A stretch of 64,000 nucleotides of DNA from Spirochaetia bacterium (lineage in GTDB: Bacteria; Spirochaetota; Spirochaetia; DSM-2461), in NCBI GenBank assembly GCA_963666985.2, contig CAXXIA010000002.1, positions 1,952,001-2,016,000 of the forward strand, in the 5' to 3' direction. The notes under the pieces are model-generated. The model saw nothing but the letters and a program-made list of their open reading frames with translations. It did no database searches and was not told the DNA's origin. How positions within the stretch are numbered: the stretch's first letter is position 1; every line of letters begins with the position of its first letter. Positions 1-10,409 of the stretch are shown here, one piece after another. The position numbers and the translations under genes were made by a program.

Positions 1-490
1 TCCGATACATAGATTCAACAGTAGTTGGAACACTCTCGTTTCTATCTTAAACTTATCAATATAGGACTTTAGCTGACGTACGTTTCCGAGTTGGTCAGTG
101 AAAAGGTCGCCGTGTTCGGATGGTGTCATGACTGAATCGCAGAGATAGATCGGAAGCTCAATATCGGAGACGTGTGATAACAAATGTCGGATCGCACTCA
201 GGAAGTTGGTTCGTTCCGCCATCACAACGAGAGGGTTCAAGTCAAATTTTGCTATGTTGTTTAGTTTTTTCCAAGTCGTTCAGATTTACAAATCCCGCAT
301 TCAAATCGTTTCTTGTTGCCCAATCTTTGACTCTATTTATCGCCAGTACCAAGAACGTCCCAGACCCACACGCTGGACCTAGAAGGCGTTTTATCGGGTA
401 CCATTATACTCAACCGCATCCAGAATCCGCTCGGCGAGCCAATTATATGTATATTTCTCACTACAATCATGACGTACAGTCTCTTTCTCA
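1..490 (-). pseudogene. Frameshifted N6-adenine DNA methyltransferase (restriction-modification type) remnant, running off the window start
   Basis: Minus-strand translation across frameshifts gives VRHD..EKYTYNWLAERIL, RLLGPACGSGTFLVLAINR (SAM-binding motif I, normally DPACGSG), FDLNPLVVMAERTNFL and IELPIYLCDSVMTP. At least two frameshifts, near 395 and 268. Confidence 0.75.
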
Positions 491-1439
491 GAATTTTGTG
501 TGCATGGGAGTTCAAAAGCGGCGGAGACTTCTATTCCTGAAAATAAAGCCTTCTACGTTGGAGACAATACCATCTAATTGCCGTGATATGACGGACTTTG
601 GCAATTTCGGTACCGAAGACTTTAAGATCTCGTTTTGTGTTTGACGAATTCAAAGCCGCCAAATCATTGATCGAAACGACTTTTTGCCAACATCGATGGA
701 AAATAGACTCCGATTTTGGGGCACAGGTTTCCCGGATTCCTCGGCAATTTTTCCATCTTTGTATTCATCGGGTGGTATTTGTTGCTGTTTTTATGTCGTC
801 CAAGATTTGCTCTGGTTTGCGATTTTGTTTCGTCCCTTCCTTTCTTCTTCTTTGATTCTTCTGTCTTTTTTTAAGAAAAAAAGGAAGAAGAAAAAGAATT
901 AATAGGAATAGAAAAACTCCTTGGTGTTGCGTCGCGTGATTTGGATCAAGGCGGTTTCGGGGTGGTCATGAATCGGGAAGAAAACACGCCACCGGCGGTC
1001 CGGAAAAAGCTTCCTGGATTGTATGGGATGTCGCCGGGGACTTGGTGGTTCCGAGAAGTTTCCCCGGGGCCCACGGGCGAGCGCAGCGAGCTGTCGGCTC
1101 CGGCCGGGGCGGTGGGATTTACCTTGGACTTGAGGGATTCGTCCGTTCTGATAGCTTGCCCCGGCGCCGGAGCCCGGCCGAAGGCTGGGCAGAGGGGACG
1201 GGGGGTGAAGATTGAAAGACAACCAACGGGAAACTGCTGGCGGAGATAAGGGCTGATGCGCGAAGCGCTGCAGCCCGATGAAGCCGATGAGTGAGGAAAT
1301 TGGTCGTTAGCAGATCAACCGACTGGTGATGATGCATTGAAGGCAGCGATCCAATCCCCGCGAAAGAAGTAGACAGAGGCTTCGCTTCTGTCTACCCCGA
1401 AAGGGGCGAACTGGAATTCCCAGACTTCTATAGACACCT

Positions 1440-2258
1440 CTAGCTTGCAATAGAACCCTTTTCAAATTCAACCGGAGAGATCCCGCCAAGATGCTTGTGG
1501 CGACGCTTCCGGTTGTAAAATGCTTCAATATAATCGAACACATCAGACCGTGCTTCATCCCTTGTTCGATATGTCTTCCGGCGAATCCGTTCCTTCTTCA
1601 AACTACCAAAGAATGATTCCATGGCTGCATTGTCCCAGCAGTTTCCACGACGGCTCATACTTCTCTTCAGTCCGTTGTCACGACAGAATCTAATCCAGTC
1701 ACCGCTGTCAAATTGGCCGCCCTGATCGGAATGGATAAGGACTTTGTTTTTCGGGCGTCTCTTCCAAACAGCTGTCAGTAAGGCCTGGATAACCAGATCA
1801 CGATGAAGCGTGTTCTGCATGGACCAGCCGATGATTCTCCTGGAATAAAGATCCATGACAACTGCGAGATACAGCCAACCTTCATGAGTTCGAATATAGG
1901 TAATATCCGTTGTCCACGCAGTATCGGGTTCTTCTACATTAAAGTCCTGCTGGAGATGGTTCGGGGCAGCCTGGGACGGTTTTCCATACTTGAATCGACG
2001 CATCTTGAAGCCGACCATCGCCCTGATACCATGCTCTCGCATGATTCTGGCTACTCGATGGACGCTGCAGGATTCTCCGTCTTCCATCAAATCCTCATGG
2101 ATTCGTGGACTTCCGTAGACCTGATCGCTTTCTTCGTAGAAGTGGCGAATCTTCTTCAACAACCGAATGTCTTCAATCTTTCTCTCTGATTGAGGTTTTC
2201 TCAACCATGCATAGAATCCGCTTCGATTGACATCGAGAACCCGGCACATAGTCTTCAC
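1440..2258 (-). CDS. IS3 transposase OrfB (DDE integrase core)
   Basis: YGSPRI, WTTDITY, DLYSRRIIGW, HSDQG, GNCWDNAAMESFF motifs. Confidence 0.93.
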   Translation of the reverse strand: MKTMCRVLDVNRSGFYAWLRKPQSERKIEDIRLLKKIRHFYEESDQVYGSPRIHEDLMEDGESCSVHRVARIMREHGIRAMVGFKMRRFKYGKPSQAAPNHLQQDFNVEEPDTAWTTDITYIRTHEGWLYLAVVMDLYSRRIIGWSMQNTLHRDLVIQALLTAVWKRRPKNKVLIHSDQGGQFDSGDWIRFCRDNGLKRSMSRRGNCWDNAAMESFFGSLKKERIRRKTYRTRDEARSDVFDYIEAFYNRKRRHKHLGGISPVEFEKGSIAS

Positions 2259-2296
2259 TCTGAATTCAGCCCTGTAGTTTTTGATGAAGGCATATC

Positions 2297-2593
2297 TTAC
2301 TCGGACTGACTCGCGAAGTATGCCGCGGCTTTTTTTAAGATATCTCGCTCTTCCTGCACCCGCCGCAGCTCTGCTTTCAGCCTGGCATTCTCGACTTCAA
2401 GCTCCTTATTTGCTTTTGCCGATTCTGGTGCTTTTGGATTTCGAGAATCGGCCTTCAGCCACTTATAGAGGCTATGGGTTGAGACTCCTATACGCTCAGA
2501 GACTTCCTTGATGGAGTAGCCCCGCTCAACAACCTGGCCGACTGCTTCTGCCTTGAATTCGTCCGAATATCGCGGACTTCCCATGATGTACAC
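2297..2593 (-). CDS. IS3 transposase OrfA (HTH)
   Basis: [11 protein letters not shown]...[10 protein letters not shown]...[15 protein letters not shown]7G slippery site at 2329-2336 (minus strand) for -1 frameshifting into OrfB. Confidence 0.92.
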   Translation of the reverse strand: MYIMGSPRYSDEFKAEAVGQVVERGYSIKEVSERIGVSTHSLYKWLKADSRNPKAPESAKANKELEVENARLKAELRRVQEERDILKKAAAYFASQSE

Positions 2594-2643
2594 TCCTTCC
2601 TCATTTTGAGTTTAGCAGTGTCTATCAAAAGCTGGGAATTCCA

Positions 2644-3234
2644 GAGTTGAACCTTCGTATCAAACCGAAAAGCAGGATACGTCGGGACAAGCCTGATGCG
2701 CTGGATGTTCCACCAGGCCCCCACATTGTCTGGTCTATGGATTTCATGTCAGACGCATTAGCAAACGGCCGAGCCTTCCGGACTTTCAATGTGATTGATG
2801 ACTTCAATCGTGAAGGGTTGGCCGCCGACGTTGACTTCTCGCTGCCATCACTCCGAGTCATTCGAAGCTTGGAGAATATCATTGAATGGAAAGGGAAACC
2901 GAAGATGATCCGCTGCGACAATGGACCCGAATATATCAGCGCCGAAATCCTGAACTGGGCAGACAATAGAGGAATCGACCTGGTACATATCCAACCTGGG
3001 AAGCCAACCCAGAATGCTTTTGTTGAACGGTTCAATCGGACAGTCGACACGAATGGATGGGAGTTGGTGAATTTCGAATCGATCCAGCAAGCACAGCTTC
3101 TTGCGACTGAATGGCTATGGACTTACAATAACGAACGACCAAATTCAGCGGTCGGAGGAGTGCCTCCGAGAACGGTGAATCGGGTCACTTGAAAACCTCT
3201 ACTTCTGACGACGTTCAAGAATGGGGGGATTACA
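2644..3234 (+). pseudogene. 5'-truncated second IS3-family (IS407-like) transposase with its right end
   Basis: [43 protein letters not shown] motifs. It begins exactly at the end of the first IS. An IS3-like right end ATGGGGGGATTACA ends at 3234. Apparent compensating frameshifts near 3045-3060 (VDTNGW in place of VRHEW). Confidence 0.85.
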
Positions 3235-3295
3235 AGTTGCTTTTCAATCCGGGATGGTGTTCTTACTTGAGTCGGGATAAGATGCTTCAGGTACT

Positions 3296-4306
3296 ATGAT
3301 TATTAAAACTAAGGCATACCCTCGGGCCGCGCTCATCGGGAATCCGTCGGATGGGTATTTCGGAAAGACTATAGCGTTCACGTTTTCGAATTTTCAAACT
3401 GATGTAACCCTCTATCCTTCGGAAGAGATTCGGATTCTTCCCACGAAGAGGGACCGTTTTTCCTATGAAAATATCGATGAGTTCTCTCGGGATGTTTCGC
3501 ATTACGGCTACTACGGAGGAATCCGTGTTATTAAAGCTGCGATCGCACGATTTTTGCGGTATTGCAATGAGTGTGATCGAAAACCTAAGGGCGGTAATTT
3601 TACAATTCGCTGTCATACGTCCATTCCTCCGCACCTGGGACTGGCGGGGTCGAGTTCAATAATTACGGCTGTATTCCGCGCGTTGATGCGATTTTATGGG
3701 GTGGATATTCCCAAGGTTGAACTGCCTAATCTGGTATTGCGGGCCGAGTCTGAGGAGCTGGGGATCAGTGCGGGACTTCAGGATCGCGTGGCGCAGTGCT
3801 ATGAAGGTATAACGTATATGGATTTCGACGAGGGGCTGATCACCGGAAGGGGTTACGGTGAATACCTTCCCCTGCGGCCGCTTGTTTTGCCGAATCTCTA
3901 TTTGGCTTACAGCACGTTAAATGCCGAAACTTCGGATGTTGTGCATAATGATCTTCGGTATCGGTTCGACAAAGGTGATGCTGAAGTACGAGCCGCCATG
4001 AGGGAATTCGCCGCGCTGACGGAAAAGGTTAAGGCGATGTTCGATGGGGGAGATTTTTCTAACTTGTCGGATGTGATGAATGCGAATTTCGATCTGCGTT
4101 CGTCGATTTGCGCCATCAGCCGCCGCAATGCCGATTTGGTGGCCGCCGCCCGTTCGGTTGGAGCTTCGGCGAAATTTACCGGAAGCGGGGGCGCGATTAT
4201 CGGAACATATCGGGATGATGCGATGCTGGAAATCTTGAAGAGTGTAATGGTGGGTATCGGAGCCGATGTGCTTGTTCCCGAGATTGCCTGGCCGGCGGCG
4301 GACTGA
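3296..4306 (+). CDS. GHMP-family sugar kinase, glucuronokinase-like
   Basis: AYPRAALIGNPSDGYFGKTI N-terminus, IPPHLGLAGSSS ATP loop, AGLQDRVAQ and AKFTGSGGA. These match my recollection of plant glucuronokinase motifs. Confidence 0.8.
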   Translation: MIIKTKAYPRAALIGNPSDGYFGKTIAFTFSNFQTDVTLYPSEEIRILPTKRDRFSYENIDEFSRDVSHYGYYGGIRVIKAAIARFLRYCNECDRKPKGGNFTIRCHTSIPPHLGLAGSSSIITAVFRALMRFYGVDIPKVELPNLVLRAESEELGISAGLQDRVAQCYEGITYMDFDEGLITGRGYGEYLPLRPLVLPNLYLAYSTLNAETSDVVHNDLRYRFDKGDAEVRAAMREFAALTEKVKAMFDGGDFSNLSDVMNANFDLRSSICAISRRNADLVAAARSVGASAKFTGSGGAIIGTYRDDAMLEILKSVMVGIGADVLVPEIAWPAAD

Positions 4307-4577
4307 GGGAGAACGATCCGGCGAAGGGATGATGAGAACGCTACGGGGCGTCAGTGGCGGGCCGAGGAAGAATAGCGGAATAGTGGTTGATGTACAGCGC
4401 GGCGACGAAAGGGCGATGAAGGCATTCGGCGGCGGAGCGGCAGTGTATAAGAAGAACACCAAATTCGGAATGGGGTGATCGGATGGTTCAGCTCGCCTTC
4501 CGGGTGTCGGCTTCCGAAAGGGGCGAGGCATCGGCGGTTTGGCGTCAGGGGTCACTCCCAAAAAAGAAAAGGAAACA

Positions 4578-5453
4578 ATGATGATACGAAAAGCGGTTAT
4601 TCCCGCGGCGGGTTACGGCACCAGATTTTTGCCGGCCACGAAGTCGCAGCCCAAGGAAATGCTTCCCATCGTGGACACGCCGACGATTCAGTATGTGGTG
4701 CAGGAAGCCGTTGATTCAGGGATAAAGGATATTCTGATGATCATCGGGCGCGGAAAGCGGGCCATCGAGGAACATTTTTCGCGGAACTTCGAACTGGAGG
4801 CGGAGCTGAAGGCCAAGGGCAAGGAGGCCGAGCTGGCGCTGATCGATACTTTGCCGGCGGATGTGCGGATTCATTTCGTGTGGCAGCATGAACAGAACGG
4901 ACTGGGCGATGCGATTCGGTGCGCGCGGGATCATGTGGAGAACGAGCCGTTCGCGGTTCTTCTGGGCGATACGGTTCTGGAGTCCTTTGAGGCGCGGCCG
5001 GTAACGCGGCAGCTTATGGATGTGTATGCCGAGAAGGAAGAGCTGGTGATCGCTTTGGAAGAGGTTCCGGAAGAATTGGTCGGCCGCTACGGCATTGTTG
5101 ACGGGAATGATCTCGGAGGCGGGATTCTCACCGTTAAAGATATGATTGAGAAGCCCTCTCCCGAGGAAGCGCCGTCGAAATTGGCGGTGGCCTCACGATA
5201 TATTCTGCCGCCTGAAATCTTTAGTGCGCTGGATGTGGTGGAGCCGGGGAAGGGCGGAGAGATTCAGCTGACCGACGCGATTAGGATTTTGCTGGAGCAG
5301 CGCAATCTGTACGGCTGCCGGATTAACGGGCGGCGGCATGATTTGGGGAACAAGCTGGATTTCCTGAAGAGTTCGATTCTTTTCGCGCTGAAGCGGGATG
5401 ATTTGGGTCCGGATATCGCGGTGTGGATTAAACAAATGGCGGCGGAGTTATGA
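4578..5453 (+). CDS. galU: UTP--glucose-1-phosphate uridylyltransferase
   Basis: KAVIPAAGYGTRFLPATKSQPKEMLPIVD, GLGDAI, EKP, GEIQLTDAI. Start placed at ATG 4578 after AAGGAA. Confidence 0.92.
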   Translation: MMIRKAVIPAAGYGTRFLPATKSQPKEMLPIVDTPTIQYVVQEAVDSGIKDILMIIGRGKRAIEEHFSRNFELEAELKAKGKEAELALIDTLPADVRIHFVWQHEQNGLGDAIRCARDHVENEPFAVLLGDTVLESFEARPVTRQLMDVYAEKEELVIALEEVPEELVGRYGIVDGNDLGGGILTVKDMIEKPSPEEAPSKLAVASRYILPPEIFSALDVVEPGKGGEIQLTDAIRILLEQRNLYGCRINGRRHDLGNKLDFLKSSILFALKRDDLGPDIAVWIKQMAAEL

Positions 5454-5664
5454 GCTGTTGAAGTTCAAAGGAAAATGGCTGCGGGATCGGCTGTTGAGCG
5501 AATTGGCGAATTGAATAGGACTGCCGCCTGAATTGTTGATTGAGCGAAAATATGATTAGGCGGCTGATGAGATGAAAAGCTGTCTGAGACTTATGTGTGA
5601 CAATGTTGGATTAGGACGCCTATTTTCTACTGCCTCAATCTCTTTCCATGTTATTTTTGAGTTT

Positions 5665-6324
5665 TTATTTCGGATTCGTTCGAAAGGTGAATTTCGGCTC
5701 ATTTCCTTGAAAAAGCCGCCCGATGTTTTTCCGGTGGAGCCATGAAACGGCCAGGGCCGTAAGAATGAAAAAGCCAATGAGCCAAAAAGAAATTTCGCTT
5801 TGCCGTATCAGTTTCCAAATAAGAGTAAAAATCGGCAGAGTCCAGGCTGCCGCGAGCGATGCCAGGGAGACATAACGGCTTACGGCCAGAACTGAGATGA
5901 AAATAATCAGGCAAATAGGCGCAGCTTGAGGGAACATGGCGATAATTCCTCCGGCAGCGGAGGCGACACCTTTCCCTCCTCGGAAACCGAACCATAAGGG
6001 AAATGCGTGTCCAATAAGGATTCCTGACAGAGTGAGAATAGGGAAGAGCAGCGGAAAGTTTACCATTCCCATGAAAATTCGCGGTAGGCGTAAAACAGGT
6101 ATAAAACCTTTAGCCGCATCAAGAATCAGTACAATTACTGCGGCTTTCCAACCCAAGACGCGAAACACATTGGTTGATCCGGCATTTCCACTTCCTTCAT
6201 GTCTAATATCAAGACCTTTTATCAGATGACCGGCGATAACGGCAAAAGAAACGGAACCAATCATATAAGAAATAATGAAAAGCAGGATTCCTATAGCGAA
6301 TGCGGGAAGGTTTGAAAAGGTCAT
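5665..6324 (-). CDS. plsY: Acyl-phosphate:glycerol-3-phosphate acyltransferase
   Basis: [38 protein letters not shown] motifs. Confidence 0.93.
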   Translation of the reverse strand: MTFSNLPAFAIGILLFIISYMIGSVSFAVIAGHLIKGLDIRHEGSGNAGSTNVFRVLGWKAAVIVLILDAAKGFIPVLRLPRIFMGMVNFPLLFPILTLSGILIGHAFPLWFGFRGGKGVASAAGGIIAMFPQAAPICLIIFISVLAVSRYVSLASLAAAWTLPIFTLIWKLIRQSEISFWLIGFFILTALAVSWLHRKNIGRLFQGNEPKFTFRTNPK

Positions 6325-7109
6325 TTTTTCTTTGGCAGCGGAATTAATATCGATGTGGAATCTCGGTATGATACATATTCCGGATTATTTCCAAATTTTT
6401 TTTTAGCGCTTTTTTCCAGAAGAGGGATTCCGCTGACAAAAAGAAGCAGCAATGTAATATAAAGCGGCCCCAGAACAACGAGCCAATTCCAACCGGAAAG
6501 TATTGGCGTAATTCCCATGAAGAGTCCCCACCAGAGAAGAATTTCTCCGAAATAATTCGGGTGACGGGAATATTTCCAAAATCCTGTATCTACCCAGCGC
6601 CCTGCATTTTCTTGGTTGTTTTTGAACCGAAATTTCTGTATGTCGGCCGCAAATTCAATAAAGAACCCAATAAGGAATAAAGAATAACCGATCCATTGCG
6701 TAAAGCCGAAAGGAGCGACAGATTCCGATGTTAGGTAAATCGTCAACGGAAGCATAATAATCCAAACCGAAACAGCCTGAAGAACCCAAAAGCGCAGGAA
6801 TGCAAAAAATTTGTCCCTTCTATCATCAAAACGGCTGTCCTTGCCAATAGCAATTATTCGGTAAAGCAAATACCCGCCCAGGCGAATTGCCCATATGAGA
6901 ACCAAGAGTGCCGGAATTATTCTTTCCAACATCCAAGGGGTGGCCAGGGAAAAAAATAGTACTATGGTTATAATTAAGAAGGATAAGCTGTAGCTCATAT
7001 CTGTGACCTTATCTGTTTTGAATAAAGCTGCAAACAGAAAAAATCCCATATTTACAATTAGGGATATTATTAAGGTTCCCAGTAATGGGCGAAGAAATAA
7101 AATATCCAT
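6321..7109 (-). CDS. DUF1295 / steroid 5-alpha-reductase-like membrane protein
   Basis: [40 protein letters not shown]. Start moved to ATG 7109 to avoid overlap with the divergent gene. Confidence 0.85.
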   Translation of the reverse strand: MDILFLRPLLGTLIISLIVNMGFFLFAALFKTDKVTDMSYSLSFLIITIVLFFSLATPWMLERIIPALLVLIWAIRLGGYLLYRIIAIGKDSRFDDRRDKFFAFLRFWVLQAVSVWIIMLPLTIYLTSESVAPFGFTQWIGYSLFLIGFFIEFAADIQKFRFKNNQENAGRWVDTGFWKYSRHPNYFGEILLWWGLFMGITPILSGWNWLVVLGPLYITLLLLFVSGIPLLEKSAKKKFGNNPEYVSYRDSTSILIPLPKKK

Positions 7110-7172
7110 ATATATAAAATATAGGTATTTTATTGATGAAGTCAAATCAGGACCGGATTTAAGGAGGTTAAA

Positions 7173-9026
7173 ATGAACAATGCCACAGTCATCTCCGGCT
7201 ATCAAATATATCATGGTTTTCTCGCGGGATCTCGCAATATAGCATTACACAGGGAGTATCTTAACCGAATCAATGTTTTTCCTGTTCCCGACGGAGATAC
7301 CGGCAATAATATGGTCCGTACCATCGGAAATATTGCTGAGAAAATAGAAAAACGGTATTCGGCTTCTGAAGTCTTCGACCAGATTGCCAAACATGCGTTA
7401 CGCGGATCCCGTGGTAATTCAGGGATTATTCTTTCACAATACCTTAATGAAATAGCGGAACGATCTACCGGATATCAAAAATTAACAACCGGCGATTTTG
7501 GTTCCCTTCTCTTTCATTCGGTTCCGGCGGCTTATACCGCCATGGAAAACCCTCAAGAAGGAACTCTTCTTACGGTAATTCGATCTTGGGCTGAAGCCGT
7601 TTATGAGAAAAGCAGGACAGGCAAGAATTTCATCGAGATTTTTTCTCATGGATATGAACGAGCAAAACAAGCTCTTAAACGAACGCCGGAACAGTTGGAA
7701 GTTCTTAAAGAGAACAAGGTGCCGGATGCCGGAGCGTGGGGATTTGTCAGTTTCCTGGAGGGGGTACAGCGATATATAAAGGAAGGGGTAACCGCCGGAT
7801 ACCGGCATGTTCAGGAACTCTTCGGCTCTGGAGTAGAACGAGAAGAATCGAGCCTTCTGGCAAACATACCGGCACATTCATATTCAATCTCCACAGGATC
7901 AGATTTTCAGCCGCCTCAATTTCGCTATTGTACGGAAGTCTTTATCGATTCTCCTAATAATAACTCTTTTGAGCTGCGTTCTCAATTAAAGCATTTGGGA
8001 GATTCCCTGATTGTTGCCGGCGGGAAAAAACGAATTCGGATACATATTCATACTAATAATCCGGAACAAGTTGTGAAGATTGCCGGTAGAGTCGGATCAA
8101 TTCGGGAACAAAAAGTGGATGATATGCTGCGGCAGGAACAAGCTGTAAAAAATCCTTTAGGCCGAATTGCCGTTCTTACCGATTCAATCGCCGATATCCC
8201 TTTAGAAGAGAAAGATCGCTTGCAGATCCATGTTCTTCATCATTCTCTTCTTTGGGATGATGATGAATATCTGGATAGGCTTACGCTTTCTCCTGATGAG
8301 TTTTATATGATGCAAAGTCGGCGAGAGAGTAATCCGACATCTGCTGTTTTAGATATCGAACGGATTGAAATGGTTTATTCATTTCTTCTTGAACATTATG
8401 ATGGAATCATAGTTCTACCGGTGGCGAAAGAACTGAGCGGTTCTTGGCAGCAATTTTCACTGGCGGCAAAAAAAATTAATTCTCAGAAAAAAACGATATC
8501 TGTTATAGATACCTGTTTGAATTCCGCAGCGCAGGGTCTTTTGGTTCAGAAAATAGCCCAGTCGGCTTCGGAAGATAAGAATCTCGATCAACTTGTTCGG
8601 GAAGCGGAGGAGTTAAAGAGCCGTACCCGGATTTTTGTTGCTGTTGATACCCTTAAATATATGGTGAAGGGTGGCCGGGTACCGCCGGTATTGGGAAAGA
8701 TTGCCACTTTGCTTAATATGAAGCCGGTTATTTCCCTCAATTCGGATGGACGAGCACAAACTTTTGGTATTGCATTTTCCAATCGGGGACTCCAACGAAG
8801 AATCTCTCGGATTATTCAAAAACTCCAAGAGGAGAGTGGTATCGAAAAGTACTGTATCGTCCATGCCGGAGTTCCCGAAAAGGGAGAGCGATTTAAAGGA
8901 ATAATACAGCGGCTCATTGGAAGTCCTCCACAATATATAAGTGAGATATCTCCTATTGTGGGAATGCATTCCGGCAAGGGCGCGGTTGCCATTGGTGTAA
9001 TGACCACGAAGCCTAGCGTCCAATAG
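7173..9026 (+). CDS. Fatty acid kinase FakA (DAK2) - FakB (DegV) fusion
   Basis: N-terminal [35 protein letters not shown] and HIHTN; C-terminal DegV TDSIAD, LSGS, KGGR, HSGKGAV. Confidence 0.88.
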   Translation: MNNATVISGYQIYHGFLAGSRNIALHREYLNRINVFPVPDGDTGNNMVRTIGNIAEKIEKRYSASEVFDQIAKHALRGSRGNSGIILSQYLNEIAERSTGYQKLTTGDFGSLLFHSVPAAYTAMENPQEGTLLTVIRSWAEAVYEKSRTGKNFIEIFSHGYERAKQALKRTPEQLEVLKENKVPDAGAWGFVSFLEGVQRYIKEGVTAGYRHVQELFGSGVEREESSLLANIPAHSYSISTGSDFQPPQFRYCTEVFIDSPNNNSFELRSQLKHLGDSLIVAGGKKRIRIHIHTNNPEQVVKIAGRVGSIREQKVDDMLRQEQAVKNPLGRIAVLTDSIADIPLEEKDRLQIHVLHHSLLWDDDEYLDRLTLSPDEFYMMQSRRESNPTSAVLDIERIEMVYSFLLEHYDGIIVLPVAKELSGSWQQFSLAAKKINSQKKTISVIDTCLNSAAQGLLVQKIAQSASEDKNLDQLVREAEELKSRTRIFVAVDTLKYMVKGGRVPPVLGKIATLLNMKPVISLNSDGRAQTFGIAFSNRGLQRRISRIIQKLQEESGIEKYCIVHAGVPEKGERFKGIIQRLIGSPPQYISEISPIVGMHSGKGAVAIGVMTTKPSVQ

Positions 9027-9104
9027 ATTGAGTATCAGCAGGGTGATGGTTTCTTGGGCTCGCTTAAGACTGGAGGGAAAATCTATAAATAAAGTTAGAG
9101 CACA

Positions 9105-10097
9105 TTATTCATGTCCGACAATCTTCTGGGGTGTATAGGGTTCCTCCAGAATTGATATGAGTGTTTCATCCAGCTTCAAATCGACGGCGGCGGCGGCATC
9201 ATCGAGATATTCGGGTTTTGTCGCACCGACGATAGGAGCCGCAACGGCCGGTTTGCTAAAATGCCAAGCCAAAGCTACCTGTGCGGGTTTTATCCCGAGT
9301 TTCGCCGCCGCTTCCCGAACCCGGTCCGCAACTTCCCATGATGTAATGTCTTTATAAAACTGATCCCCCATGGTGTCGGTTTTTGAGCGTGTGGTATTCC
9401 TGGCACCGTTTTGCGTACGGTTCCCCGCCAGAATCCCACGGGCCATTGGACTCCAGGGAAGAACCCCGACACCGGATTTAAGACAGTAAGGAATCATTTC
9501 CCTTTCTTCTTCCCTATACATGAGGTTGTAGTGGTTCTGCATGGAAATGAAACGGGTCCAGCCGTTGTGACGGGCCGTTTCCTGAGCTGTTGCAAACTGC
9601 CAGGCCCACATACTGCTGGCACCGATATAACGGGCCTTTCCCGCTTTTACGACATCGTGAAGAGTCTCCATGGTTTCTTCAATGGGGGTATGGGGATCCC
9701 ACCGGTGAATTTGATAGAGGTCGACATAGTCCATAGTCAAGTTTTTGAGGGATCGGTCGATCGAGTCCATAATATGTTTTCTCGACAATCCGCGGTCATT
9801 TCCGTCGACGGCTTTTGAGGAGCTATAGGGAAAGAACACTTTTGTAGCCACAACCACCTCTTCCCGACGGGCCATTTCCCGCAGAAGTTTCCCAGTGACT
9901 TTTTCACTTTCTCCATTGGAATACATGTCGGCGGTATCGAAGAAATTGATGCCGATATCCAAAGCTTTTTTCACACATGTCCGGGATTCATCGAGATCTT
10001 TTACCCAAGGACGCCATGAGGAGCTTCCGTAACTCATCATTCCCAGAGCGATACGCGAGATACGCAGCCCGCTTTTACCGAGGTTGGTATATTTCAT
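9105..10097 (-). CDS. Aldo/keto reductase
   Basis: GINFFDTADMYSNGESE, DYVDLYQIHRWD, GKARYIGAS, WSPMARG. Confidence 0.93.
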   Translation of the reverse strand: MKYTNLGKSGLRISRIALGMMSYGSSSWRPWVKDLDESRTCVKKALDIGINFFDTADMYSNGESEKVTGKLLREMARREEVVVATKVFFPYSSSKAVDGNDRGLSRKHIMDSIDRSLKNLTMDYVDLYQIHRWDPHTPIEETMETLHDVVKAGKARYIGASSMWAWQFATAQETARHNGWTRFISMQNHYNLMYREEEREMIPYCLKSGVGVLPWSPMARGILAGNRTQNGARNTTRSKTDTMGDQFYKDITSWEVADRVREAAAKLGIKPAQVALAWHFSKPAVAAPIVGATKPEYLDDAAAAVDLKLDETLISILEEPYTPQKIVGHE

Positions 10098-10409
10098 CGA
10101 AGGTCTCCTTTTAAATCTTATCGTAATTGTAATTATTTATTTTAAAATGAAAAAGTCATTTGTTGGCCGGTAATTTATTATTCTTCGGGCGGAATTATTC
10201 ACTAAGCAGTTTAGCGGCTTTTGTATAGAGAGTTTCTGAAAATATTACATAGTTCGCCTTTGCTTTCGGCGGTAGGAATGTTCAAAGAAATAATATTAGA
10301 GTAAAAAAATATTTTTTACTGTTTCATTTTGATTTATTCCGCCGGGAATTTGATACTCAGAATTCTCTTTTCTATACTTAAGCCAGATGTAGATTTCCGG
10401 GAGTTTATT

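Larger units (their letters stand above)
1412..2643 (-). mobile_element. IS3-family insertion sequence, ~1232 bp
   Basis: Terminal inverted repeats TGGAATTCCCAGacttctATAGACAC (from 1412) and GTGTCTATcaaaagCTGGGAATTCCA (to 2643), TG...CA ends, orfA and orfB inside. Confidence 0.93.

Noticed and set aside
174..644. 156-aa plus-strand ORF
   Set aside because: Antisense shadow of the methyltransferase remnant; STKNVPDPHAG is the reverse reading of PACGSGTFLV.
899..1340. Several 70-107 aa ORFs on both strands
   Set aside because: Pro/Arg/Gly-rich with no recognisable motif; the region looks like structured non-coding DNA.
4307..4577. Small ORFs or a possible RNA between the kinase and galU
   Set aside because: No recognisable motif or convincing structure.
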